A stretch of 64,000 nucleotides of DNA from the human T2T-CHM13v2.0 reference genome, Homo sapiens: the NCBI RefSeq assembly GCF_009914755.1, contig NC_060926.1; one strand, 5' to 3'. The notes beneath the pieces were generated by a model, which saw nothing but the letters and a program-made list of their open reading frames with translations, was not told where the DNA came from and did not search any database. The position numbers and the translations under genes are program-made. Shown one piece after another: positions 26,185 through 39,269 of the stretch (its first letter is position 1; each line of letters starts with the position of its first letter).

Positions 26185-26361
26185 TAGAGGTTTCCAAACC
26201 CGGCTGCATCTGAATCACCTGGAAAGATGCTTTTAGAACACCCATTCCTGGCTGCATCCAGGAAATCATAATTACAAGGGTGGAGCACTGAGCTGCCTTT
26301 TAAAAAGTTCCTAGATGATTCAGGTGAAGCTGGTTCAATGAGCAGCACTCATGAACTATTG
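26185..26361. mobile_element. MER5-family (hAT-Charlie) MITE
   Basis: gaggtttccaaacccggctgcatctgaatcacctgg...ttttaaaaagttcctagatgattc...gaactattg. Confidence 0.75.
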
Positions 26362-26792
26362 CAACTAACATATCCCAAGAGGCAGATTCCCAGTGGAGCC
26401 CCTCTACCAACACATTGTCAAACCCAGAACGTTACCCATATGGAACTTAAATCTTCATATGGGCCCACTTTTCTCTCTAAAGCTTAGGCTTCCCTAATTA
26501 GGAAACAGAGATGTCGGACACAGTCTTCTAAGTTCTCTGACCTCATAGATTACTAAAATTGAGAGTAACTAATCTTTTAATTCCCAGAATCTTTGTTTGA
26601 CATATAAAGAAATTGAGGAACAGATCATTATAAATATGTCAGCGGTCAGGTACCAAATCAGTGACCTGAAATTTAAATCTTCACCTTAACGGCCTGTGAT
26701 CTTTTTGCATCAATGTAAATGACAATCAATCTGTACAAAATGTTACAGTAGATTTTGAGTGGCGTATGGAATAAAAAGTATAAGGCATAATA

Positions 26793-26838
26793 TTAGTTTG
26801 GCGCAAAAGTAATTGCAGTTTTTCCCATTACTTTCAAT
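26793..26838 (+). mobile_element. MADE1 (Hsmar1 MITE), one arm only
   Basis: TA followed by ttagtttggcgcaaaagtaattgcagtttttcccattactttcaat, matching the MADE1 left half. Confidence 0.85.
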
Positions 26839-28380
26839 AACATGACATAGAAATAACAACATCCTAATATAATGACAAAGTAGAAAATATGATTTTAAGT
26901 ATTTTACTTGGCTTTCTTCTCTTACCTATGTGGTATGGTCTCATGGAATGACATAGCATTTCTGCATTTTTTTTTTCTATAAAATGTTTTCCTAAGTCAG
27001 GTTCACATGATTACTCTACTTGTCTTAATATAAGTCCTTGGAAATGGATGCTACACCACACATTTACCCTCTATATGTGGATTATATAAAATCTGCCACC
27101 AGGTCACTTTTGTTCTCTTTTGATTAATGACTAATATCATGAAAATGGATTGCTTTCATTATGGTTCCAATGTTGACCACACACAAATTTAAAAGCTATA
27201 CTATGAAATAGTTCAGATATTCCTGCTTGTAAATCCATAAAGCACCTACTACATTATTTTGATGTGATTATTTTTTACATACAGAAGACACTTACAGCCA
27301 CTAATGTTCTTCTTAGGCAGTCACCAGGAGGCATTTTGACTTTGGATAAGCAGTTAACACCCTAACTCCATATCACTTTCTACTTCCTCATTCAATATTC
27401 TGGGAGTGTCAGCTCCCACTATGTAGGTCTGGTAATGGTCTCTGGAAGGTGATTTGGTCTGTACTATTGTTTATTGAATGATCGTCTAGCTAATAGCTAT
27501 GCTGTTGCAAATTATAACTATATCCACCTCTGAGACTATGGAGCAAAGTTCTATTAAAATGCCAATATTTTATATCCCATTCAACTGCTAAAATTTCTCT
27601 GGCAAATGAAACTCAGAAATATTTAAAAGACAAACCTAGGTTTCCTAACCATCAGGAATCTACATTTAATGACTGAAGGCAGGTGTGACAGAATTTTGAA
27701 AATAAGGGCTTCCTGAGGAAACCGCTTTCTGTGTTGAAATGAGCTTGCATTCATCTCCTTATGTGCCTTCCTAATAAAAACAATGACAGGAGTTTGTGTT
27801 TCTATTATTCTCAGTTGCTATGACTGCAACTGAAGTTTATTGGTAGGCTGCTTCACAAATGTCTGTTGTTGAGGAGCTTATAAAATCATGTGGCACACAA
27901 ACCACATCGCTCATACAATCAGCTATGATACATCATGTTCTGGAGAAAGAATAGAGTTATGTTAGGTTCTCTTAATTTGAATTTTGCCTATAATTTAAAA
28001 TGTAAAAATATCCGTTTCTATCTCTGTACCTCTGGATGCCGTCCCATTTGTTGGCCTGATTTATTTCTGAATGAACATTGAGGGTTTATTTGGCATCGAT
28101 TTAGTCCCTTCCTAATACAATTAAAGTGTCAGGTATTATTAATTTTAGTTTTAAAAGTGACAGATACTTGAGACCAGATTGATTCTTGAGGACACTCTGG
28201 TGGAAGTGATGCAGTCTACTCAGACACCATTTTTAGAAAGTTGATTATTACCAGTTCCGACCCAGTTGCACAACAAATTTTCACTATAATTTTTGAATTA
28301 GGCCACCATTTCGGAAGCTCATTATATTAATATAATTTGAGAGTTAATAAAGACAACTGATTTAAATATAAATATATATA

Positions 28381-28513
28381 TTTATTTATTTATTTCTAGA
28401 GACAGGCATCTTGCTATGTTGCATGGTCTGGTCTCAAACTACTGGGTTTAAGCAATCCTTTGGCCTGAGCCTCTCTAGTAGCTGGGACTACAGGTGTGTG
28501 CACTACACTGCAC
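28381..28513 (-). mobile_element. FLAM (Alu monomer)
   Basis: agagacagg..tcttgctatgttg..ctggtctcaaact..tgggtttaagcaatcct..; flanking aactgattt repeats act as TSD. Confidence 0.85.
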
Positions 28514-31029
28514 TGAGAAAACTGATTTTATTTGAGAAGAACAAATCTACATTACAGCCTTTATAGAGTTCATTAAACAAAACAGTAATTTATCTGTATG
28601 TGCTGATATGCAGGAAAATTGCACTTGTAAATCGAATACCCATGGGGGAGAAAGAAATGATCATTAAGTATCTATATACTGAGCACCTTTCTTACTAAAT
28701 ATTTACATTTACCAATACTATGTATACAGCCTAATGTCAGCATTAACTACAAATCCTTTTTCCTAAAGATTTTGGTAAATCTCAGGACAAAATTATAGCC
28801 CCAACCTTGCCTTTCTATGGGAAGAAAATGGACTTTCATTTTACTCCCAGAAGGGAACTCACTCTATTCCAGGAGCCACCCTGCACTACCAGTTATTGTT
28901 AAAATAATGAAAGAATGACATCATTGGGACTACAGGGACTAGGGGTAGCGATACTATGTTTACGTGGACAGAAGCGATTTAGATGGCCCAATGCCTGGCT
29001 AGATGCGAAAGGTAATAAACACACTGGTTTTCCACCTCCATGCACCAAGAAGGTTATTAAGACACTTTTAAAGCTGTTACACTGAATATTTTTTCTAGCA
29101 AATATATGAATGCAATATAATTGTACTTTTTACACAATAAAGAATTTATTTTAGAAATAAAATAATTGATGGTGTACCAAAGGCAGCATAGATTGGGAAT
29201 GCAAATAAGTTTCAAAATGTTGGATACACCTATCCTGTTTCACTCGTCTCAGCATATCCCTGTGACTGTGTTGGAGAAGTCTCAGAAGTCTCAATTTGAG
29301 GTTTTTGAGAATATAAAGCTTGGGATACATGGCACCCCTATCTGTTCTGGTATAGATTAAAAAAATTGAGACCTTATTTTAACAGACCAGTTTTCAATTG
29401 ATAAAAAGGCAGAAAATGGATTTTAATCTTCAAACCTCAGTTGTGAAAAATTAGTCAGGGTCAGGCAAGTGTCTATTTTGTTTCTGCCTGTGGTCTCTGT
29501 TGTTGTTTGTGTTTTTCTTGTTTTTTTCCATTATATTAGTTGACATTTGTCTAGTTGTTTTCTTGGATTGGTTTTGACTGCTAATTAAGAGACTACTCCA
29601 TTGTTTAATATTTCATCTTAAAATAAATACACCTGCTTCATTTCTGTTGCTTCACTATGTATCCATTTCCCTACTGAGCTATGAATCACAATATATGTGG
29701 GGATTATATACACACAGACTTTTCCAGTGGTTAGATAAACAGATAGATAGATAGACAGATAATGCAGTTTGCAGATATGTCAGACGCTACCACTGCATAA
29801 CTACCTTCCTGTGTCAGAACAGGTATTATAAATAGCTGCAGCTCTGGGGGAAAGAGAACATCTAGGTGGATTGAATGTCGATTGGAAAAATCTCCCTTCT
29901 TTTTACAAGTACTTTAGGTATGTTCCTTTTGCCTTAAGTTCAAATTGCCTCACTCTCCTGCCCCTTTCGCCCTCCTTGGACTCTCTTAGTTTCCATCCTG
30001 CTCCATGCATTCATCTCGGTTTTAACCTTATATTGCTACTTCCAAGGGATGTTGCTGTTTATCTGCTTTTGCCCCTTAATGTGCGTTGCAGTGGAAACTG
30101 GGAATCTTCAGTCATTAAGCTGCAGTGGTCTTGAAATACTGGTGAAATATTAGTACTTTGATAAGAAAAACTGCAGAACAGAGTTTGGACATTTTAAACA
30201 TATACTAAATATCTGAACAGATGTAGATTTGTTTGAGATATATTTATCTTTCATGCTTAATCTTCACTGCATGGATACATTGCCTATTTGTTTAGATAAG
30301 AACATGCTATTTATAGCAAATATGAATGGAGAAATCATGCAAGTTATTTTTAACTTATCTAAGTTTAGTATTTTTATTGTGTGTCTTAGATGCTATCAAC
30401 ATTTAGTAAATCTTGAAAATATTAACAAAGGACAAAGTGTTTGATATGCTTTATAATTTCAGTGATAATAATTAAGAGAGCACATGAAATTATATTAAAA
30501 TGAAAATTCTTAGGAGATATCGATGACTGCTCCCTAGCATAATATCGATTAAATTTTGGGGAAAGGTATTCCCGTGAGAAACTGGTTGAATGAAATCACT
30601 TGAAGGCAGCTACAGGGATATTACAAACTTTTCATAAACAGGAATTGTTCATCTCCTATAGTGTTTACATGTTTCTGAAAATTAACATTTTGCAAAGTTT
30701 TAAACTGGAATTAAGGGCACTTATGAGGGCATGGGTGTGTGAAGGACTCTGGCTGCAAATGACTGAATACATACCTAATTACAAGCTTCTTTTGTGTAAA
30801 TCTAAGATTTTGGGGGACACTAAACAGTGTAACATGAAAAACATGGTTTTATTGTTATGTTTGGCATCAAATGAACTCTAATTGCTTGCTACCACGTAAT
30901 ACAGATATATTGATTATCCAATTATTTAAAGAATACCTATATACACTAAATAACAGAATGTAAAGGACATAAAAAAGTGTGAATATACCTCAAGTTAAAT
31001 AATATAAATTGCCCAATATGAACAACAGA

Positions 31030-31458
31030 TAGACATAAACTGCAAAAATAAAAACATTTCTGGGACAATATCAAAAACTTAACATGTGTGTCATCAGAAT
31101 TCCAAAAGATAAATAAAAGGGTTGTATTGAAAAAGTATTGGAAGAAATTGTGATTGAAAAATTTCTGATTATTGCAGAAAACTTAAGCCAACAAATTAAC
31201 AAAGTTGAATGAACCCAAAATAACACATACCCAACTATATCCACCACAAAACATATCCTTGTCAAACTTCTGAACACCAAACCCAAAGAAAGTTTTGAAA
31301 AGAGCCAGAGAGAAATGATCCATTACCCATAAAGAAATAGCAATTGGAATGGCAGCATATTTCAAAACAAATGCCATAGAATCCAAAAGGAAGTAGTACA
31401 ATATCTTTCAACTGTTAGAAAAGAAAAGCAAGAAGAAAGAAAGAAAGACAGAAAAATA

Positions 31459-31522
<64 letters not shown>

Positions 31523-31670
31523 GAAAGAAAAAGAAAGGAAGGAAGGAAGGAAAAAGGAAGGAAGGAAGGAAGGAAGTGAGGGAGGGAGGGAGGGAGGGAG
31601 GATGGGAGGGAGGGAGGGAGGAGAACTGCCAACCTAGAATTCTATATAATTCAGAAATTAAGGAGAAATT
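31030..31670 (+). mobile_element. Old L1M ORF1 fragment
   Basis: tgggacaatatcaaa...gaagaaattgtgattgaaaaatt...gtcaaacttctgaacaccaa...aactgccaacctagaattctatat. Confidence 0.75.
31418..31623. repeat. Compound purine microsatellite (GAAA)n(GGAA)n(GGGA)n
   Basis: About 200 bp of almost pure purine on the + strand, inside the L1M fragment. Confidence 0.97.
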
Positions 31671-31694
31671 CTATTTCATTCCAGAACATACACA

Positions 31695-31840
31695 TCATAC
31701 CAATGTCAAATACAAACTTGTGATATTGTACTATAGTTAAGATATAACGATTGGGGGAAACTGGGTAAAGTGTAAGTGAAAACTATGGTATCATCTTTGC
31801 AATTTCCTATGACTCCATGACTACTTCAGTTTTTAAGTTT
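31695..31840 (+). mobile_element. L1MC/ME 3' end
   Basis: tgtgatattgtactatagtt..gatataacgattgggggaaactgggtaaag...tttgcaatttcctatga. Confidence 0.7.
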
Positions 31841-34159
31841 TTTGTATTAAATCAATTAGATTTGGCCCCAAATTAGGTTTTAGAGGTATTGCCACCATGT
31901 CATATGGGATCGACTACTGTGGTTAGCAAAAGTACAGTTTCCAAATCCATAAGTCTTATGTATTTTCTTAAGTGCCCAACCTCCCCAGGAATATTTCTAA
32001 GAAAAATTGCTTTTTGCTTATTAAAAAGGATTATACATAATTGGTCCCCTAAACACTATCAAGACTGATTACTAGGTAAAATCTAAAATCCAGCTTATAA
32101 AAATTGCTCATGCAAAGTACTAATTTTTACTTTTTAAGTGTATATTTGAAAAGCAAGTGCTAATCTTTGCATAGTCATTTTAATTGTATTTTGAAAACAG
32201 GGTAGATTTGAAATAGCCATAGCTATTCCCAACCTAATAATTTTAGAAACTAATAATATTTAGTCTGAATTTAGTATATAAACGTGCATTTTTTCAAAAA
32301 TAGTGGATTATTTAATACTGCTCCTGACAGTACTGTATTGCTGTATCACAGCCAGTATGCAACAAACCTGTGACTGATCAAAATGCTGCACAGCTATGGT
32401 GACCATTTCACAGACTTAAGACCACTTTATATTGAGGGGTGGTCCCCAAGGTACCCACAGAAGAAGATTCCTAAAGCATCTCTTGGAGAGAATGTGTATC
32501 AAGTGAAAGACCAGAGACAAAGTGGTATCATGAAAGAGTGTTTAATGGAATAGTGGTTTCCTGAATGTTAAAACAACAACAAAAAACCTGAGTAGGAAAG
32601 CTGGAAAACACAAATAAATGCTTTTCTGATCTTAGATGCATTTTCTAACTTCAATTATTGGAGTATTCGGTGGATCATTGCAATAAGGAGCTAATTGTCT
32701 TACATAGCTGTAACTGAACGTCTGATATACAAGAACCTCAGGGACGCAACTCAGTGCAAATACATGAATGAAGTATATTTGCTTCCTTCATCCCTGTCCA
32801 TGTGATTTTATCTAATACAGATGTTAGTACTTTTGTTACTACTATGGTAGAACCCAATTAAAGAATATGTTATTCAGATTACAATCTGATTTAATGAAGT
32901 GGAGGAAATAATTGGTGCACCTATTTTAAAATACATTTTGTAGAATGCTATATATTCTTATTATCACGTGGAAGTCAGTGGCAAATAGCTTATGTGAGCC
33001 TACTGAATTTTTAAATGGTCTGTTAATAAAGCATTTTTGACTGATATACATGTATATGTTTAGCAAAAATATACAGAGATATATTTAAAATCCTTAGATC
33101 AAAGGGCTGACCACTTTCATAAATGTTGAGCATAGAACATTATGATTTCTTAAGACTAAATTTCAGTGAAAATAGCATAGTCAGTGAACTTGACCTCCTT
33201 TAAATATTTAATATTTGTCTTAATTCACTGCAAAAGAAATCGACAGCATATTTAGGACACATTTAGAAACCACATTTAAATATGGTGAGAGAGTTGAAAT
33301 ATTTTGCAAAGCCAAATGCCAAACCAAGGAAGGACTGGGAAATAATTTGACATTACCTTCCAAGTTAAAATACTGTATTGTACCATCCAGCTTTTGTGTG
33401 AGAAATGCATATGAGTATAGTCTTCTTTGAGAAATAGCTGTATATCAAAGTGCAGGTTGGATATAAACATATATAACTCTCTGTAGGGTGTTATGAGAGA
33501 CTTCCAGGCAAGCTGCTACACTGGCACTGAGGTTTTCCCTCTAGTGGGAATCAGATAGTATTAACACTCAAACTGTTTCCCCAAGTTCACTTTTAAGTCA
33601 GTTAAAAAAAATGTGTTTAACTTAGCAATACATAGATATAGTTTAAAAATAAAGCAACAAAATGTATAATGTAAAACACAAGTCTTCTCTACCTCTACAG
33701 CCAAGATGTATACCCCAAAGAAGCAATAACTTAACTCCTTTAGTTTACTTTCATTTTCTAAATAGCTTGTGTAAAATGTTTTTTCTTACGTTTGTTTCTC
33801 CAGTTGTGGGTGTAATAAACTGACTTTCTGATCAGAATATGGGAATTCGGCTGTCTTATACATGCCCCCTCTCTTTTCCCCTCCTCTCCTTCCAACATAG
33901 TTATTTTACTTTTACATTTAAATAAATATTCAGTATTAAGAGTATTAAAATAAATAAGTTTTCACAGTTGAGACATACTAGATGTTCACTTCATTATGTG
34001 CAACTTTTAAATTTCTATTCTAGTTAACAATACCCTATTTTTTCTGTTGCCTTCCTTTCCTATGAAGTTATCAATAATTCCCAAACCCTATGACAGTGCT
34101 CCAAATGTGATCTAGCATATTAAAAGCATAAGAACATCATATTTGAAAACTAAAATCAG

Positions 34160-34995
34160 TCCAAAACTCAAAGTAAAAGACAAAACTACAAAACCTCTAG
34201 AATAAAATGGGGTAATTTTCATGACCTCAGATATGGCAATAATTTCTTAGGTATGACACCAGAAGTATGTGACAAAAAAGAAAAATAGATAAATTAGACT
34301 TCATCAAAACTTAAACGTTTTTCACTTCAAATGACATCATAAGTAAACTGAAAAATCAACCCAGTGAATGTCAACAAATAATTGTGTATTATATATGTGA
34401 TAAGGGAGATGTTTTTAATATACACCATCTTACAACTCAATAAGACAAATAGTAAAATTTTTTAAATTGACAAAGAATATTATGCTTCGAAGCAGATACA
34501 TAAATGCCAATGAGCACATGAAAATATACTCAGCATCATTAGTCATCAGGGATACGCACATCTAAATCACACCAAGATACCACTTCATATTCTCTGGAAT
34601 GGCAATAATAAAAAAGGCAGACTATAGCAAATATTGATGAGATATGGAAACATTAGAACCCTCTTTTACTGTTAACGGAAATGTAAAATGGTACAGTCAC
34701 GTTGGAAAACAGTCTGACAGTTCCTCAAAGTTTAAACATGGAGTTACCATTTGACCCAGCAATTCTACTCCTAGGTATGTACCCAAAAGAAATGAAAATA
34801 CATGTAAGCGAAGATTTATACACAAATGTTCCTAGCAAGATTATTAATAATAGGCAGGAGGTGGAAATAATCCAAATATTCATCAACGGATGAATGGATT
34901 AACAAAACGTGGTATGGAATATCTATAAAATGAAATATTATTTAGCCAAAAAATTTCTTTTACATGCTACAACATAAACCTTGAAAACATTATTC
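34160..34995 (+). mobile_element. L1MB-like ORF2 end / 3' UTR
   Basis: ttcttaggtatgacacc...aaattagacttcatcaaaa...gagttaccatttgacccagcaattctactcctagg; ORF 34702-34893 is an ORF2p remnant. Confidence 0.85.
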
Positions 34996-35039
34996 TTGGA
35001 CCCCACCTTTTCCTGTTTTGACACATCCTCCACTGTTTT

Positions 35040-35460
35040 GATGAAGCATAATCTTGGGTAGATTGCTGAGAATGAATACATGGAAGATACATTTTAAAAA
35101 CATTTGTATATTTTTAAAATGGTTCATTTTATCCTAATATTTAATGGACAGTTTAGCTGAGAATAAAATTATAGGTTTGGTGCCATTCTTATTCAAAATT
35201 GTGAGACAAATTGCTTCATTGTATTTCAGTTTTCAATGATATGATTGAAACTTTCAATTATGGTTTTAACCTGGTATACATTATTATTTTCCTGGGCTGG
35301 AAACTTTCAGAATCTTCCTTTATTCCTTGTATTGAAAAATATATTATGCTTTCTGTGCGTTTTATCATTCATTGGTGTGATTATTCTGGCCTTTATTGGC
35401 TTTTCTGTATATGAACTATGTCCTTCAATTCTGGGAAATATCCTTACAATTTTTCTTTGA
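35040..35460 (-). mobile_element. Old L1M/HAL1 ORF1-like fragment
   Basis: gacagtttagctgagaataaaattataggtt...cttcattgtatttcag...tcttcaattctgggaaat resembles reverse ORF1. Confidence 0.55.
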
Positions 35461-35621
35461 TGTTTATTCTCAATAATGACCTAACATTATTAGTTGGGAT
35501 ATTTTAATTTAGCAGAAATAAAATGCAAGAAGAAATATTAACTGAAACCTGCACAACACCTCAAGCTATCTATTAAAACTCTAGATATAGATTCGCTATA
35601 GGAATCTAGATATAGATTCTT

Positions 35622-36018
35622 TTTTTATTTTGTTTTAGGTTTTAAGTTCAGGGGCAGGTTTGTTACATAGGTAAACTTGTGTCATGTGTATGTGTTATAC
35701 AGATTATTTCATCGCCCGGTATAATATTAAGCCTAGTATTCATTAGTTGTTTGTTTTCATCCTCTTCCTTCTCTCACCTTCTACCCTCCAAAAGGCCCCA
35801 GTGTGTTTTGTTCCCCTCGATGTGCCCATGTGTTCTCATCATTTAGCTCCCACTTATAAGTGAGCACATGCAGTATTTGGTTTTCTGTCCCCGTGTTAGT
35901 TTGCTAAGGATAATAATGGCCTCCAGCTCCACTTATGTTCCTGCAAAAGACATGATCTGGTTCTTTTTTATGGCTGCATAGGTAGACTGGATAAGGAAAA
36001 TGTGGTAGATATACACCA
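35622..36018 (-). mobile_element. 5'-truncated older L1PA 3' UTR with ~38-bp 5' inversion
   Basis: Reverse L1PA 3' UTR (caggtttgttacataggtaaac, tagctcccacttataagtgag); 35981-36018 is in + orientation; TSD tagatatagattctt / tagataaagattctt. Confidence 0.9.
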
Positions 36019-36154
36019 TAGATAAAGATTCTTCAAATAATTTTATAGAAACTTCAAATAATTTTATTATTTTCTTTGATGTGAAGAGTGCTATTTTCAG
36101 AAATATTGTTATAATCATTTAAAATGTTAACTAAATCCGTCTTCTGTGGCTTTT

Positions 36155-36280
36155 TGTTTGTTTGAGACGGAGTCTTTTGCTCTGTCACCCAGGCTGGAGT
36201 GCAGTGGCGCGATCTCGGCTCACTGCAAGCTCTACTTCCGGGTTCACGTCATTCTCCTGCCTCAGCCTCCCAAGTAGCTG
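36155..36280 (-). mobile_element. 5'-truncated AluY (right arm only)
   Basis: cactgcaagctc..cgggttcacg.cattctcc; TSD ttctgtggctttt (36142-36154) / ttctgtgactttt (36281-36293). Confidence 0.93.
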
Positions 36281-37859
36281 TTCTGTGACTTTTCTTAAGG
36301 AATATTAATTGGTCTGTGGATGTTTTAAGTTTGAGAAGCATTGCCATAACCAATGTTTCACTTTTTTCCAGGGATTGCGATGACCTTTAAATAAACGACA
36401 AGATATTGTTTTGCCTTTGACTTGTGGTAAGAATTACGTTTACATTTTAATAATGACTATTTGTCATTGAGAATGTTCCCAGGAGCTAAAATTAACATGT
36501 GTGGTGGACATAATCTCAGATGTAAATTAAATTCTTATCTAATTCCTAATACGACCAGCAAGTACATATCATGGAGTCACTGAATCGCAACAAAGAATTC
36601 TAAAATGCCAGCATCTGAGCCCTATATTTGATGCTGCTTAAACAGAAGATTAAACCCTCCCTCTCTGATACCATCTGATAATAGCTCACCTGGCTGGCTG
36701 ACATTCTACTAAACCACAAAATTTCCTTCACTTTTTTTCTTGTTGACCTCATTCACATCCTGTATAAGAAGCAAAACGGTCACATCCTATTTGCCTCATA
36801 GTTTAAAAAAATACCATAAAATTCAACTAACAAAGGAATTCCAAATAGTCCAAAGACAATGTGAGATTTAGAAATTATTCTGTTTATTTTCTCATTACTG
36901 ACATCCAGATCTTTCAGGTCAAATTATAGCCCTCCAAGAGCCTGTTTTGGTGACGGCATCTCAGAAAACTTGAATGTCCTACTGTAGATTTGGCTTGCCC
37001 CTAATAGGGCCCAGAATTTGGAGTAAAAATGGGAGATCAGGAAGAACTCAAGATGCTGCAGAAGGCTTCAAGTTTTCCCAAAAAGGGAAAGTCATATGAA
37101 AAAGTTTAGCATTTCGAGTATCTGGAATAATTTATTCTAACCCCAGTACTGCACCAAGATGCAGCACAAGTTGCAAAACTTAACAAATTACATTATAACA
37201 TGAGAAATAAAGATAGGGCATTATTCTTTCCCCTAATAGTAGTTATTTGTGGTCATTTTTCTTAATGCAATATGAGCTTCTGAACCTATTTTTTCTTGTA
37301 GAGTGGATCCTGACTCTAATAACCAATTAGAAAGCAATGGGACCCTTGCTGCTGTACGGCAATGACTAATGAATTCATGATCTGACTTCGTTTAACCATA
37401 GGGTATACTGCAGTGCGTTCGGGATATGATAAAGTACATCTTTGCTGCTACATGCTTATGAGCACTCTCCAGCTTTTGTAGCCACTGAGAATGTTGGCAA
37501 CGAAAATGCTTGAGATATACAGCTGCCAAACAAAGCCTTGCTGCTGGCCTGCACTGAGATAGGTTTCCTCCAGATGACAAACACTTACAGCTTGCTATTT
37601 AAATGTTGAATCAATAACTTAAAATCTAGTAAACACATACCATCTTTAGAAATAGTGGGTCTGCACTGCCTTAGATGACAACAGGCTATCAAGCATCAGA
37701 AAACAAAAAGTGGCCATTATACAGAGGCTTTTCTTTCTCCCAACTCTTTGGCAGAAAGGAAAAGATGATGGAGGTTTGTCTCTCATTAGTCTCTTCATTT
37801 CCTTCTGACAAGATGGCTAATGGAAGTGGAAGTATGAGGGTAAAAAGCTTTCAAAGGCA

Positions 37860-38170
37860 GGTGGACTAGGGCTCATATTTTTTTAACTTGAGCCAGTCCC
37901 TTAACTTTTCTAAGCCTGTTTGTTCAGTTACAAAACTGATATGAAATTGCTGTTAAAGTACACCATGAGATAATGTAGGAAAAGAGACACTTCGGAGGAG
38001 CTCAACAAATGGTGGATTTTACAAGGAAAAGAAACAGGAGGATGGGGTGCAAAAAGCACTACACTAAGAATCAGAGGGTGCCCTGCTTTGTCAACGACCA
38101 GCTATGACACTGTATTTAGGTCACTTTACATCTCTGGCTTTTATTTGTCTTCTAATTAAGAAATTTAGGT
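37860..38170 (+). mobile_element. Two degraded MIR fragments
   Basis: cttgagccagtcccttaacttttctaagcctgtttgttc; actaagaatcagag...ccagctatgac..ggtcactttacatctctg. Confidence 0.5.
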
Positions 38171-38869
38171 GGTAAAGAAGAAAAATCCATCTAAACTAGT
38201 TCAACCCCAAAGGAATAACTATTATGCTTCCCTTTCTGAAGGATGGTAGGTACTACTACAACTTCACATTGATCTCATATTAAAGATGTGGCTACAATTT
38301 ACCTGGCTGACATTCATATATAAAAATTATTTCAGTCATTGCAGGGCAAGAAATGTATATAACCAAGCCTTATATGGGGCTGGAAGTTGAAGGCCAGAAA
38401 GTCCAACAATTTATCTTACCCTGAGCTATTATGATGTCTTTATCGCCTCTACTTTCCTTTACATTTTTGCCTCATTCTTCCTCCTGTTCCTCCCTGCAGA
38501 TTATTTTTCTTTGCTTACTCATCATGGGCATGTACACTCCATTATACCTTACTACTCCATACATTCACAGCATTTCAACTGCATCACCCAGTACAGACTG
38601 ACCACAGTGCCAGTGTCTCTTTCTTCAGATTATTAGAGGAGAAAAAACAGTTTATTCTTCTGTGTGTACTGGTTTCCCTTGAGTCAGCTGTTCATCTTTA
38701 ATTTAATCAGCTATTGACAAAATGGAGATGATTTGTAGTATAGCGGTTTGCCTTGTAGGTGGAGTGAGTTAAACTAGAAAGAAAATTTGAATGCAAACGT
38801 TTATGTCTAGAACATTTTCTTCATATACATAATGAAAGAGATAGAGCCTTTAATGTCTAACATTGTTTA

Positions 38870-39250
<381 letters not shown>

Positions 39251-39269
39251 AAATTGAAGCTCACAAATT

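Noticed and set aside
26793-26838. MADE1-derived miR-548-type hairpin
   Set aside because: Only one arm of the MITE is present, so no hairpin can form.
37290-37580. Ankyrin-repeat pseudo-exon or miR-15/16-family gene on the minus strand (HVAAK, WLLESG; tagcagca)
   Set aside because: Spacing does not fit the 33-aa ankyrin consensus, there is an in-frame stop, and the sequence after the seed matches no family member or hairpin I know.
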